Notes under the pieces: generated by a model
What the model was told of the DNA's origin: nothing
Seen by the model: the letters and a program-made list of their open reading frames with translations, nothing else
Database searches by the model: none
Source of the DNA: Gemmatimonadaceae bacterium
Lineage (GTDB): Bacteria; Gemmatimonadota; Gemmatimonadetes; Gemmatimonadales; Gemmatimonadaceae
Reading direction: 5' to 3'
DNA: 64,000 nt
Assembly: GCA_036401195.1 (NCBI GenBank)
Contig: DASWVQ010000274.1
Span: 14-64,013 of the forward strand
Program-made: the position numbers and the translations under genes
Part shown: one piece after another, positions 1 to 9,375 of the stretch
How the letters are laid out: the number at the start of each line of letters is the position of its first letter
Position numbering within the stretch: the first letter of the stretch is position 1

Positions 1-94
1 CGGGCACCGCGCGCTTCGGCGACGGGAAGATGAAGGGCGTCACCACGATCACGACCGCGGTGAGCAGGAGGGCGGTGAGGAAGCGCTTGTCCAT
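1..94 (-). CDS. yidC: membrane protein insertase YidC, N-terminal fragment (continues beyond window start)
   Basis: Reverse complement of 1-94 reads MDKRFLTALLLTAVVIVVTPFIFPSPKRAVP (basic N-terminus + TM helix). Its ATG abuts the yidD stop (TAGATG). Fits the conserved rpmH-rnpA-yidD-yidC order. Confidence 0.55.
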   Translation of the reverse strand, partial: MDKRFLTALLLTAVVIVVTPFIFPSPKRAVP

Positions 95-349
95 CTATCG
101 GGACGATCGGGAAGTCGGGGACGGATGCTCCGGGTGCCCGTCGGGCACCGGGTCGAACCCGCCCACGGCAAAGGGGTGGCAGCGCAGGATGCGCCGCACC
201 GTCAGCCAGCTGCCGCGGCGCGCCCCGTGACGCTGGAGCGCCTCGATGGCGTAGGCGGAACAGGTGGGATGATAACGACAGCTCGCCGGGAGCAGGGGCG
301 AGAGGGCCACCTGGTAGCCCCGGACGAGCAGGATGAGCAGCGTGCGCAT
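95..349 (-). CDS. yidD: membrane protein insertion efficiency factor YidD
   Basis: 84-aa ORF with the YidD signature: [49 protein letters not shown]. Confidence 0.9.
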   Translation of the reverse strand: MRTLLILLVRGYQVALSPLLPASCRYHPTCSAYAIEALQRHGARRGSWLTVRRILRCHPFAVGGFDPVPDGHPEHPSPTSRSSR

Positions 350-363
350 TGGTCTTCCCCCCC

Positions 364-933
364 CTACGCGTCGACCGGCGCGGAAAGTTGCGCCGCCACC
401 CTGGCCACCTCGGCACGAAGGTCGTCGAAGGCCGCCTGGTACGCCTCGCGCCGGGTGCGGATCACGAGGTCCTGCGGGGCGCCCCCCGTCTCGGTGAGCC
501 GCGGGAGGATCACCGTCCTCGACAGCTCCCGGAGCCGCCGCTTGAGCTGGTTGCGCTCCACCGAGCCATGGCCGTGCTTCGCCACCACGAACCCGACGCG
601 GGAATGGGCGAGAGGGGAAGCGAGAGCCCGGACCTCGAGGTGCCGGGTCCGGATCCGCTTCCCCTCTGTTGACACCCGCCGCAGGTCGGCGCCGCGCGTG
701 AGCCGATGGCTCCGCGGAAAGCGCTGCCGGCTGGCGGGCTCGCCGCCCCCGGAGGGGCCTGGGTCAGGCGCCCGCGTACTTGTCCGGGAGCTGGACGGTG
801 AGGCGCTTGCGCCCCTTCTTGCGGCGGCGGGCCAGGACTTCGCGCCCCCACCTGGTGGACATGCGCTCCCGGAATCCGTGGGTACGGATGCGGCGCTTGT
901 TGCGGGGACGATACGTGGGCTTGCCCATGACAC
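364..933 (-). CDS. rnpA: ribonuclease P protein component, with N-terminal extension overlapping rpmH (start inferred)
   Basis: RnpA domain [16 protein letters not shown]...[26 protein letters not shown] at 364 to about 720 is clear. There is no ATG/GTG/TTG in frame between the domain and GTG 933-931, so the proposed start is 5 nt upstream of the rpmH ATG. Confidence 0.6.
   Translation of the reverse strand: MSWASPRIVPATSAASVPTDSGSACPPGGGAKSWPAAARRGASASPSSSRTSTRAPDPGPSGGGEPASRQRFPRSHRLTRGADLRRVSTEGKRIRTRHLEVRALASPLAHSRVGFVVAKHGHGSVERNQLKRRLRELSRTVILPRLTETGGAPQDLVIRTRREAYQAAFDDLRAEVARVAAQLSAPVDA
764..928 (-). CDS. rpmH: 50S ribosomal protein L34
   Basis: [45 protein letters not shown] matches the L34 consensus. 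Internal ATG (Met15 of ORF 764..970) is preceded by GGAG. Confidence 0.93.
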   Translation of the reverse strand: MGKPTYRPRNKRRIRTHGFRERMSTRWGREVLARRRKKGRKRLTVQLPDKYAGA

Positions 934-1079
934 AACTCCAGAACGGTCGTCGGTATGCTCGCGGCGCCATGGCGCGCGCGTTCGGATACGCCGTGCCCGA
1001 ACGCGGTCTCTCACGTAGGGCGGCACAGACCGGTAAACCTAGCCGTGGCCGAGAGATAGGTCAAGGGACCGCACCCCGC

Positions 1080-1132
1080 TTCTCCACAGCGCGCCCCGCT
1101 TGCTCGCCCTCACGAGCGTTGCGTTTTCCACA
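1080..1132 (+). promoter_or_regulatory. DnaA boxes in the dnaA upstream/5' region (autoregulation candidate)
   Basis: TTCTCCACA at 1080-1088 and TTTTCCACA at 1124-1132. The latter fits TTWTNCACA exactly. Confidence 0.45.
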
Positions 1133-2623
1133 TGCGGGCTTAACCTTCCTCCCCCCGCCCTCCCTCCCCCCGCCCAAGTCGCTCCGCTCCCTGCCGTGCC
1201 AGACGTCGGCGACGCTCCCGCGTCCTCCAGCACCACCCTGACGGCCCGCGACGTCTGGTCCCGACTCCTCGAGCGCGCACGCCTCGACCTCTCGGAGCAG
1301 ACCTTCCGCACCTGGCTGGAGCCGGTCGAGCCCATCGCCGTCGAGGGCAACACGCTCGTCGTCGGCGCCCCCGACCAGTTCTCGGCGGACTGGAACGACT
1401 CCAAGCACTCGGCGCTCCTCGCCAGCTACGCCGCGGTCGCCCTCGGGCACCCGATGGCGGTCACCTTCCGGGTCTCCGAGTCGCGGCGCAGCCGCCCGCA
1501 GATGGACCTCTTCGTCGCCCCTCCCCCCGAGGAAACGAAGCCATCTCCGCCGCAGCACAGCGCCACCACGCTGCCACTGAGCCCGCGGTACACGTTCGAT
1601 CACTTCGTGATCGGAAAGTCCAACGAGCTCGCCGCCGCCGCCGCGCACGCCTCTGCCCAAGCCCCGGGATCGGTCTACAACCCGCTCTTCATCTATGGCG
1701 ACACGGGGCTGGGCAAGACCCACCTCATGCAGGCCGTCGCCCACGAGATCGTGAAGCGGCGCCCGAGCACCCGCATCGCCTACGTGGGCACCGAGCAGTT
1801 CACCAACGAGCTCGTGGCCGCGATCCAGACCCGCGCCACGCACGAGTTCAAGCGGCGCTACCGCGAGGTGGACCTCCTGCTCGTGGACGACGTGCACTTC
1901 CTCCGCGGGAAGGAGAGCACGCAGGAGGAGTTCTTCCACACCTTCAACGCGCTCTACGAGGCGGGGCGGCAGATCATCCTCACCTCCGACCGCCCCCCCT
2001 CGGAGATCCCCGGCCTCGAGGCGCGCCTCGTCTCCCGCTTCCAGTGGGGGATGGTCGCCGACATCGACATGCCCGACCTGGAGCACCGGTCGGCGATCCT
2101 GCGCAAGAAGGCGGAGCTCGACCACCTGGAGCAGACGATCCCCGACGACGTGATCCGCTTCATCGCCGAGAACGTCCGCTCCAACGTGCGCGAGCTGGAA
2201 GGGTCGATCATCCGCCTCCTCGCCTACGCCTCCCTCAAGCACCGCGACATCACCGTCGACATCGCCCGCGAGGCGCTCCGCGACAAGCTGCGGAATGGCG
2301 ACGATGCGGCCGGCGGCCGGGGGGCACAGCTCGACGCGGCCTCGATCCAGGCGGCGGTGGCGAAGGAATGGGGGGTCACCGCCGAGGGGCTGCGCTCCAA
2401 GACGCGCACCAAGACCCTCACCGTCCCGCGCCAGGTGGCCATGTACCTGATGCGGGAGATGCTCGCCCTGCAGCTCGTGGAGATCGGGAACGCCTTCGGC
2501 GGCCGCGATCACTCCACGGTGATCCACTCGCTCGACCGGGTGGCCGAGATGACGAAGGAAGACCCGCAGTTCGGGCAGCGCGTGGCGCGCCTCCGGGCCA
2601 CGCTGGAGGCACTCGCGGGATGA
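1100..2623 (+). CDS. dnaA: chromosomal replication initiator protein DnaA
   Basis: Walker A FIYGDTGLGKTHLMQAVAHE, AAA+ region and C-terminal DnaA DNA-binding motif GGRDHSTVIHS. 1100 is a TTG (longest ORF). GTG 1196 is a plausible true start because a DnaA box lies at 1124-1132. Confidence 0.93.
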   Translation: MLALTSVAFSTCGLNLPPPALPPPAQVAPLPAVPDVGDAPASSSTTLTARDVWSRLLERARLDLSEQTFRTWLEPVEPIAVEGNTLVVGAPDQFSADWNDSKHSALLASYAAVALGHPMAVTFRVSESRRSRPQMDLFVAPPPEETKPSPPQHSATTLPLSPRYTFDHFVIGKSNELAAAAAHASAQAPGSVYNPLFIYGDTGLGKTHLMQAVAHEIVKRRPSTRIAYVGTEQFTNELVAAIQTRATHEFKRRYREVDLLLVDDVHFLRGKESTQEEFFHTFNALYEAGRQIILTSDRPPSEIPGLEARLVSRFQWGMVADIDMPDLEHRSAILRKKAELDHLEQTIPDDVIRFIAENVRSNVRELEGSIIRLLAYASLKHRDITVDIAREALRDKLRNGDDAAGGRGAQLDAASIQAAVAKEWGVTAEGLRSKTRTKTLTVPRQVAMYLMREMLALQLVEIGNAFGGRDHSTVIHSLDRVAEMTKEDPQFGQRVARLRATLEALAG

Positions 2624-2912
2624 CGACCACCGCGCTCCCGGCCGCCGGCGGCTGTCCACATGGACGGCAGAGTTTCCCCCGCCACTCGACATTTCATCCC
2701 CATCTTCACACCTTTGGCGCGACCGGAATGTGGACGGCCGGCGTTCTCCACGCGGAGTCCACACCCGATGGCACCACGCAACTCCCGCCTGGGACGGCAG
2801 TTGGGGATCTCTCCACACCGCCCACACGGCCTGCTACCACTACTAGTTAGAAATCTCTTTTACGTGGTACTGCAGGACGCCGCGTTTTGCACAGACACTC
2901 AGAGGAACCCTG
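2624..2912. other. candidate oriC segment: DnaA-box cluster plus AT-rich element in the dnaA-dnaN spacer
   Basis: TCCACA-core boxes at 2652-2660 (CTGTCCACA), 2729-2737 (inverted, CCGTCCACA), 2744-2752, 2755-2763, 2809-2817 and 2818-2826. The 23-nt stretch 2841-2863 (tactagttagaaatctcttttac) is about 26% GC in a 70% GC genome. Confidence 0.45.
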
Positions 2913-4022
2913 ATGCGGTTCACGATCTCCCGGGAAAAGTTGCAGGAAGGGCTCAGCGCGGTCTCGGCGAGCATTCCCGCCAAGACGACACTGCCGGTGC
3001 TCGCCAACATCCTGGTCGAGACCACCGACAAGGGGATCCGCCTCTCGGGGACGGACCTCGACATCGCCGTGAGCACCGAGGTCGCCGCGGACGTCGAGGC
3101 GCCGGGGGGGATCACCATCCCCGCCAAGAAGCTCACCGAGATCGCCCGCGAGCTTCCCCCCAACCCGGTGAAGATCGCGTCGTCCGGCGAGCAGCGGATC
3201 ACCCTCGACTGCGGGCGCGCGCACTTCAAGATCCTCGGCCTGCCGAAGGACGAGTTCCCGAGCTTCCCCTCGGTGAAGTTCGACGGCGCCTGGCGCGTGA
3301 AGTCGGGTGACCTGCAGAAGCTCATCGGCCACACCGCCTTCGCCGTGAGCACCGAGGAGAGCCGTCCGATCCTCAACGGCGTCCTCTGGGAGCTGCGCCC
3401 CGACCGCATGCGCATGGTCGCCACCAACGGCCATCGCCTCGCCAAGATGGAAATCCCCGTCTCCGGGGGCGCCGGCCAGAGTGACCTCATCGTGCCGCCG
3501 AAGGCGCTGGAGCAGATCCGCCGCCTCTTCCCCGCCGACGAGGAGCTGGAGATCGCGCGCGGGGAGAACCACATCGGCTTCCGCTCCCCCTTCACCGCGG
3601 TGTACACGCGGCTGATCGAGGGACCGTACCCGAACTACGAGCAGGTCATCCCGAAGGACAACGACCGCTACGCGATCGCCGACAAGGTGGCGCTCACCAG
3701 TGCGCTGAAGCGCATGTCGGTGATCGCCTCCGACCAGACCCATCGCATCCGGCTGTCGTTCAACGCGGGGATGCTCAAGTTCTCCGTGCAGACTCCCGAC
3801 CTGGGCGAGGCCACCGACGAGCTGCCGGTGCGCTTCACCGGCGACCCGCTCGACATCGGCTTCAACGCCAGCTACCTGCTCGAGATCCTGCGCTACATCC
3901 CGAGCGAGGAAGTGCGGCTCACCTTCAAGGCGCCGGAACGCGCGGCGACCCTGGAGCCCGAGGGATGGAACGATCCCGCGCAGTATCTCTGCCTCGTCAT
4001 GCCCCTCCGTCTCCTCGACTGA
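2913..4022 (+). CDS. dnaN: DNA polymerase III beta sliding clamp
   Basis: 369-aa ORF MRFTISREKLQEGLSAVSASIPAKTTLPVLANILVET..., typical DnaN N-terminus and length, directly after dnaA. Confidence 0.95.
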   Translation: MRFTISREKLQEGLSAVSASIPAKTTLPVLANILVETTDKGIRLSGTDLDIAVSTEVAADVEAPGGITIPAKKLTEIARELPPNPVKIASSGEQRITLDCGRAHFKILGLPKDEFPSFPSVKFDGAWRVKSGDLQKLIGHTAFAVSTEESRPILNGVLWELRPDRMRMVATNGHRLAKMEIPVSGGAGQSDLIVPPKALEQIRRLFPADEELEIARGENHIGFRSPFTAVYTRLIEGPYPNYEQVIPKDNDRYAIADKVALTSALKRMSVIASDQTHRIRLSFNAGMLKFSVQTPDLGEATDELPVRFTGDPLDIGFNASYLLEILRYIPSEEVRLTFKAPERAATLEPEGWNDPAQYLCLVMPLRLLD

Positions 4023-4064
4023 GGACGACGTGATGGCCACGCGGCGTGGGGGAGCGGGCGGGCC

Positions 4065-4724
4065 GTGAACGCGGCAGCGGTGCTCGCCCAGGCGATGGGC
4101 CTCGCCTACGCGGCGGGACTCAGCGTGTACGCCACGATCGCCGTGAGCGGGCTCGCCATCCGGGCCGGCTGGGTGGCGTCGCCCCCCGGGGGCCTCGCCG
4201 CCCTCGGCAGCTGGTGGGTGATCGGGATCGCCATCGCCCTGTACGCCGTGGAGTTCACCGCCACCCTCATCCCCGGCGTGGCCTCCGCCTGGGAGACGCT
4301 GCATTCCGTGATCCGGCCCCCCGCGGCCGCCGCGCTGGCCGCGGCCACCGCCTGGCATGCCGACCCCCTCATCGTGCTCGTGGCGGCCATCCTGGGGGGC
4401 GCCGTGGCCGTCTCCACCCACACCACGAAGCTCGGCTTCCGCTACGCCATCGACACCTCGCCGGAGCCCCTCACCAACGGGGCCGCGAACGTCGCGGAGC
4501 TCTCCCTCCTCTCCGGCCTCGTGCTCCTCGTGTGGGAGCACCCCTTCATCTCGCTCGCCATCGCCCTCGCCATCCTCGTGGCGCTGATGGTCATGGTGCG
4601 GCTCGTGTGGCGCGCGCTCAAGCAGGTGTTCAGCGGCCGCTGGATGCCCGGCCGCGGCCTGCTCCAGGATGCGCGCACCTCCGACCGCATGGCCTCCCGC
4701 GGCGAGGATGCCGACTGGGAGTGA
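4065..4724 (+). CDS. DUF4126-family integral membrane protein
   Basis: 219-aa multi-TM ORF (GLAYAAGLSVYATIAVSGLA..., VEFTATLIPGVASAWETLHSVIRP) resembling DUF4126. Confidence 0.7.
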   Translation: MNAAAVLAQAMGLAYAAGLSVYATIAVSGLAIRAGWVASPPGGLAALGSWWVIGIAIALYAVEFTATLIPGVASAWETLHSVIRPPAAAALAAATAWHADPLIVLVAAILGGAVAVSTHTTKLGFRYAIDTSPEPLTNGAANVAELSLLSGLVLLVWEHPFISLAIALAILVALMVMVRLVWRALKQVFSGRWMPGRGLLQDARTSDRMASRGEDADWE

Positions 4725-4769
4725 CGCGGCGATGACGGCGCCAGATCATTCGTCAGGGGCCACCCAACA

Positions 4770-4805
4770 CGAAGGCCCGGTTGCCACAGGGCAGCCGGGC
4801 CTTCG
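4770..4805. terminator. bidirectional hairpin between the DUF4126 gene and rnpB
   Basis: 11-bp perfect stem cgaaggcccgg/ccgggccttcg with a 14-nt loop, located after both convergent transcripts. Confidence 0.5.
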
Positions 4806-4810
4806 TTCCA

Positions 4811-5216
4811 ATTTCGCCACCGGCCTGTAAGCCGGGTTCTGTCGGAGCACCCGAGGGCACTCCGGACGGTCATTCCTCTCGGCGCGCGGTCACCCACGCG
4901 CTCCAGCAGCCTACCCGCAGCGTCTTGGTCGGGGTGGACACCCCTCGCTGCCTATTTGGCCTTGCTCCGGCTGGGGTTTGCCGTGCCACGCCTGTTACCA
5001 GGCGCGCGGTGGGCTCTTACCCCACCCTTTCACCCTTGCCTGTGCCCTCGGGCGAACCCTCGGGCCATCGGCGGTCTGCTCTCTGTTGCACTGTCCGTCG
5101 CCGGCGCACTCGCGCACGCCGTCGCCCAGGCGTTACCTGGCAGCCTGTCCAATGGAGCCCGGACTTTCCTCGAGGCCTCCGAAGAAGCGCTCGCGACCGT
5201 CCGGCCGGTGGCGATG
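4811..5216 (-). ncRNA. rnpB: RNase P RNA, bacterial type A
   Basis: The reverse complement contains GAGGAAAGTCCGGGCTCC, CAGGTAACGCCTGGG, AGTGCAACAGAGAGCA, GGTGAAAGGGTG, GTAAGAGC, ACAGAACCCGGCTTA. P1 pairs cgccaccggcc (5213-5203) with ggccggtggcg (4825-4815). Confidence 0.95.
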
Positions 5217-5421
5217 CAGCATTCCGATCCTCCCGCAATCTAATGCGATCGGGGAGCGCGCGTCGTGGCGCGTCGGCGCCGGGCGCACCCGCGCCGCCCC
5301 GGATCGCCGCCGCCCCGGTCACGCCATTTCCACCCCGTGACCTGGGACTGACCGGTGGGCGCCATCCTCCCTGCGCAGTCGGCGACGCGGCCGCAGCGCA
5401 GTCTTCCCGGGAGGTGCCCCC

Positions 5422-6273
5422 ATGTCCTCCGACCCGGCCCGCGGCGCGACCGCCGCGACCTTCACCGTCGCCACCGTGCTCACCCCCGCCGAGCGCTCCC
5501 GCGTCGATGCCGCGGGCGCGGGCCTCTATGCGGCGCATCACCACGAGTCCATCGACGACCTGCTCCGCGCCCTTCGCGAGCGCCCGGTGGCCGCCGTCCT
5601 CGTCTCCGCCACGCGATGCGACAGCGTCACCACCACCCGCCTCTCCCGCATGGTGCGCGAGTTCCCGCGCATCCCCGCCGTCGCCCTCCTCTCGCAGTTC
5701 GAGACGCAGTCGGCGCGTGCCGTCCTCGCCCTCGGCGGCTGCGGCGTCCAGCAGCTGGTCGACGTGCGGCAGCCGGGCGGGTGGCACCAGCTCCGCGCCG
5801 TGCTCGCGCCCGATCACGCCTACGAGATCCGCCGCGTGGCGATCGACGCCATCCTCTCGGACCTCCCCGATGCCCCCGGCGGCTGCCAGCGCTTCTTCGC
5901 CGCGCTCTTCTCGTGCGGCGACGACGTGAGCACCGTGCGCCAGCTCGCGCGCCTGCTCGGCGTGCTGCCGAGCACCATGACGAGCCGCTTCTTCCGCGCG
6001 TCGCTCCCCGCGCCCAAGCGCTACCTGGCCTTCGCCCGGCTCGTGCGGGCCGCCCGCGTGCTCGAGAACGGCGGCGTCTCGGTGGCGCGGTGCGCGAACG
6101 AGCTCGAGTACTCGTCCCCACAGAGCTTCTGCCGGCACGTGCGCGCGCTCCTCGGCATGTCCACCGTGGAGTTCCGCCGCGGCTACACCGGTGAGGCGAT
6201 GCTCCGGCGATTCCGCGATGAACTGGTGCTTCCCCACCGCGACACGCTCCGGCGCTTCGAGCCCCTCGGCTGA
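5422..6273 (+). CDS. AraC-family transcriptional regulator with receiver-like N-terminal domain
   Basis: C-terminal double HTH (VRQLARLLGVLPSTMTSRFF ... CANELEYSSPQSFCRHVRALLGMS). Confidence 0.8.
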   Translation: MSSDPARGATAATFTVATVLTPAERSRVDAAGAGLYAAHHHESIDDLLRALRERPVAAVLVSATRCDSVTTTRLSRMVREFPRIPAVALLSQFETQSARAVLALGGCGVQQLVDVRQPGGWHQLRAVLAPDHAYEIRRVAIDAILSDLPDAPGGCQRFFAALFSCGDDVSTVRQLARLLGVLPSTMTSRFFRASLPAPKRYLAFARLVRAARVLENGGVSVARCANELEYSSPQSFCRHVRALLGMSTVEFRRGYTGEAMLRRFRDELVLPHRDTLRRFEPLG

Positions 6274-6291
6274 GCGCGCATGGCGTGCCGG

Positions 6292-8091
6292 TCAGGCCGC
6301 CCCCGGCCCCTCCGTCTCGAAGCGGGCGATCCGGCCGCGCAGCACGTCGGCCACCCCCGCCAGCTCCTGGCTCGCCCCATTCAGGTCCTCGAGGGCGCGC
6401 GTGTGCTGCGCGGCCACCGACGACGAGGCGCGCGCCCGCTGCGAGGCCTCCTCCGCGACCTGCTCCACGCTGGCGATCGCCTCGGCCAGTTCGCGCATCG
6501 CCGACACCTGGCCGCGCGACACCGTCGTGGCCTCGCCGATCACCCCCGCCACCCGCTCGATCCCCGCCAGCATTTCGCTCAGCGCGCGATCCGCCTCCAA
6601 CGCGATGGCGCCCACGTTGCGCACCTCCCGCTCCCCCGCGTCCATCGACTCCACCGCCTCGTCGATGCGCGTGCGCACCCCCGCGATCGTGGTGGTGACC
6701 TGCCGGGCCGCGGTGGTGCTCTCCACCGCCAGCTTGCGCACCTCCTCGGCCACCACCGCGAACCCCTTGCCGTGCTCCCCGGCGCGCGCAGCCTCGATCG
6801 CCGCGTTCAGCGCCAGCAGGTTCGTCTGCCGCGCGATGCGCGCGATCGCATCCACGAACGCCCCGATCTCCGCCGAGGCCTCACCGAGCCCGCGGACCGT
6901 GCTCGCCGTCTGCGACACGCGCTCCCCCACCGTCACCAGCGTGCCCGCCGCCCGCCCGATCGCCTCGCGGCTGCTCGCTGCCGATCGCATCAGGGCCCCC
7001 GCCTCCGTCTCCACCGCCTCGGCCCGCTCGCGCAGCCGTTCCGAGGCTTCGCGCGTTTCCTCCGCGCGGCGGACGCCCGCGCTGGTGTACTCCCGCTGCG
7101 TGTCGAGGGCCTGCGCCAGCCCGCTCGCCGTGCCCGCGAACTCTCCCCCCGCCGCGTTGAGCTGCTGCGTGGACCGCGCCAGCCCCACCGAGAGCGTGGC
7201 CACGCGCTCCGCGTTCTGCTGGACCTCGGCGATCAGGTCGCCGAGCTGGGAGAGCATGCGGTTGAGGCTCCGCTGCAGCTGGCCGAGCTCGTCGCTGTAG
7301 CGCGCGTCGGCACGCACGCGCAGCCGCCCCTGCTCCGCCTCGTACATCACCTCGCGCGCCCTCCGGATGCGGCTGATGAGCCGCGAGGCGATCGGGACCA
7401 CCTGCGTCGCGACGAGGAGGAACACGACGGCGGTCGCCAGGACCCACCCGAACGGTTCCCCGCCGGTCCCGGTTCCCGCCGGGGCCGTCGCCCGGTACAG
7501 CGCGCTCGCGGCCACGAATCCCAGCGTCGACATGAGCGAGCAGTAGAGCCCCAGCGAGCGGCCGCGATCGAACGAGTAGGGCACGACCACCAGGAAGTAC
7601 AGCACCACCAGCCCCGGCGCGCCGAAGGTGGCGACCACGGCGCTGATCAGCAGCACGTCCAGCGTCGCGAACGCATAGCGGAACCACCAGGCGTGCCGGT
7701 CGTCACGCGTGGCCAGCCGCGTGAGCACCGTGTTGACGAGGAGCGTGACGGCCGCGATCGCGACGATCTGGGGGAGCGTGACGGGCGCAAGGTGGATCAG
7801 CGACGCGATCGTCGCCGCGACGGCGAGCGCGAGCGTCATCTGCAGCCGGCGTCGCGCACCGAGGCGGAAGGTCACCGCGTCCTTCTCGCGCTCCTCCTGC
7901 GCGGCGTGGCCGTCCTGCGTGCGCGTGCGCGTGCGCGGAGGGGCGGGCGGCGCGTCCCCGCGTGCAGCGGTCGTCGCCGGCGATACGCGCGCGACGACGT
8001 CGTCGCGCGTCCTGGAACGCGGAGGGGAGATTGGCACGCGGGGAGGGGAGGGTTGTGCGGCCTGCCCTGCCCCAGGATCGGGGGCTGGCAA
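6292..8091 (-). CDS. methyl-accepting chemotaxis protein with polytopic membrane N-terminus and HAMP
   Basis: Signalling-domain hairpin motif [32 protein letters not shown]. The start is uncertain (ATG 7839 or GTG 7875 are possible instead of 8091). Confidence 0.85.
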   Translation of the reverse strand: MPAPDPGAGQAAQPSPPRVPISPPRSRTRDDVVARVSPATTAARGDAPPAPPRTRTRTQDGHAAQEEREKDAVTFRLGARRRLQMTLALAVAATIASLIHLAPVTLPQIVAIAAVTLLVNTVLTRLATRDDRHAWWFRYAFATLDVLLISAVVATFGAPGLVVLYFLVVVPYSFDRGRSLGLYCSLMSTLGFVAASALYRATAPAGTGTGGEPFGWVLATAVVFLLVATQVVPIASRLISRIRRAREVMYEAEQGRLRVRADARYSDELGQLQRSLNRMLSQLGDLIAEVQQNAERVATLSVGLARSTQQLNAAGGEFAGTASGLAQALDTQREYTSAGVRRAEETREASERLRERAEAVETEAGALMRSAASSREAIGRAAGTLVTVGERVSQTASTVRGLGEASAEIGAFVDAIARIARQTNLLALNAAIEAARAGEHGKGFAVVAEEVRKLAVESTTAARQVTTTIAGVRTRIDEAVESMDAGEREVRNVGAIALEADRALSEMLAGIERVAGVIGEATTVSRGQVSAMRELAEAIASVEQVAEEASQRARASSSVAAQHTRALEDLNGASQELAGVADVLRGRIARFETEGPGAA

Positions 8092-8172
8092 GCTTGCTGC
8101 ACTGCATCGGGCGTAAATGGACGCCGCATTCCCGCCGAGAGCAACCCGGGCGGGGTTCCCATCTGGATTCTG

Positions 8173-9375
8173 ATGATGCAGCAGGAGTCACCCACGCTCG
8201 CCGCCCTGGTGGGCGGCGCGCTGGTCCGCCGGAGCAGCGAGATCTCTTCCACCTGGCGCCGCCGCAGCCGCGTCGCCGGCGAGGCGCGCGGACCGTCCGC
8301 CGAGCCGGGGGCGGGGGAAGACCCGGCGCCCGCGCGCCGCGGGGAGCCCGACGGCGGCGCTGCCCTCGTCCGCGCCCTGTCGATGTCGCTCTCCGGTGGC
8401 GTCGGCTGGCGCGACGAGATCATGCGCGCCGGGTGGCAGCTGGGCACCGACGCCCACGCGCGTGACGGGTCGCTGCACCACCTCCTGCGCGCCTTCGATA
8501 CCCTGGGGGACGTCCTCCTCTCCGAGGCGGAGGCGATCGTCGCCGACTCCGGCGACGGCCGGGCGATCGACGGCCTTGGCATCGCGCGCCGGCTGGGCCG
8601 GGCCGTCGCCCTCCTGCGACTCGCCGCCACGCGGGGCTACATGCAGTCCCTCGGCGGCACGCTGCGCGACCGCTTCCGCACGATCCGCCACGACATCCGG
8701 AACCCGCTGGGCACGATCGCGAACGCCGTGGCGCTCATGAGCGACGAATCGCTCCCCGCGGAGACGCGGAGCAGCCCCCGCGTGCGCGCGATGGTCGCAC
8801 GCAACGCCCGCTCGATCGACGACCTGCTGCGCACCAACCTGGGCGACGCGGCCGCCACCCTGCCCGCGCTGGCCGACCAGCCGGCCACCCTGCGCGCCGT
8901 CGCCTGCAACGTGAAGGCGGAGCTGGCGCACGAGGCGGCCCAGCAGGGCGTGGAGATCGTCGTGGGGGACTCCCTCCCAGGGGCGCTCATCGAGTCCGCG
9001 GCGGTGGAGCTCGTCCTCACCTCGGTGCTCCTCGCCATGCTCCGCCCCGAGCGGTGGCACGACGGCCATCCGTCGGCGGAGCTCACGATCGAGCTCGAGG
9101 ACGCGGACGCGAACGCGGCGGTGCTTGCCGTGGGCTGGCGTGCCGGCAACGCGCAAGCGCCGCCCGGCGACCTCGGCTTCGCCCGCGAACTTTCCGAGCG
9201 GAGCGGGTGCCAGGTGACGATCAGCGACGACGGGCGGGTGCTCCTCCGCGCGCCCCTCGCCGTGGCCGCCCCCTCGCCGGCGCCGGTGCCCGTTCCGCTA
9301 TCCGCCAGCCGGGAGGAGCGCCACCACCTCGGAGGCCCGCGCCAGCGACCGGACCTGGAAGCCGGCACCCTCTAG
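8173..9375 (+). CDS. histidine-kinase-like protein (HisKA H-box present, ATP-binding domain degenerate)
   Basis: H-box [15 protein letters not shown]. No recognisable N-box Asn or DxGxG G1 box. The ATG-ATG start at 8173 lies within long ORF 6280..9375. Confidence 0.65.
   Translation: MMQQESPTLAALVGGALVRRSSEISSTWRRRSRVAGEARGPSAEPGAGEDPAPARRGEPDGGAALVRALSMSLSGGVGWRDEIMRAGWQLGTDAHARDGSLHHLLRAFDTLGDVLLSEAEAIVADSGDGRAIDGLGIARRLGRAVALLRLAATRGYMQSLGGTLRDRFRTIRHDIRNPLGTIANAVALMSDESLPAETRSSPRVRAMVARNARSIDDLLRTNLGDAAATLPALADQPATLRAVACNVKAELAHEAAQQGVEIVVGDSLPGALIESAAVELVLTSVLLAMLRPERWHDGHPSAELTIELEDADANAAVLAVGWRAGNAQAPPGDLGFARELSERSGCQVTISDDGRVLLRAPLAVAAPSPAPVPVPLSASREERHHLGGPRQRPDLEAGTL

Noticed and set aside
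1100-1195. The first 32 codons of the longest dnaA ORF (TTG start).
   Set aside because: This stretch is Pro/Ala-rich and contains a consensus DnaA box at 1124-1132. GTG 1196 gives a conventional DnaA N-terminus. I kept the long coordinates in the feature table only because I cannot decide without data.
1061-2827. 588-aa antisense ORF across dnaA. Similar very long alternate-frame or antisense ORFs occur at 12748..15960, 9221..11683, 35808..38600, 37361..39694, 2847..4541, 60126..62426 and 60910..63186.
   Set aside because: Their translations are Arg/Gly/Pro/Ala-rich low-complexity strings with no motifs. Each overlaps a gene with unambiguous homology signatures on the other strand or frame. 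This is the expected absence of stop codons in about 70% GC DNA.
6280-8172. N-terminal 630 codons of the 1031-aa plus-strand ORF 6280..9375.
   Set aside because: This part is antisense to the well-supported MCP gene and is low complexity. Only the portion from ATG 8173 shows a kinase-like H-box.
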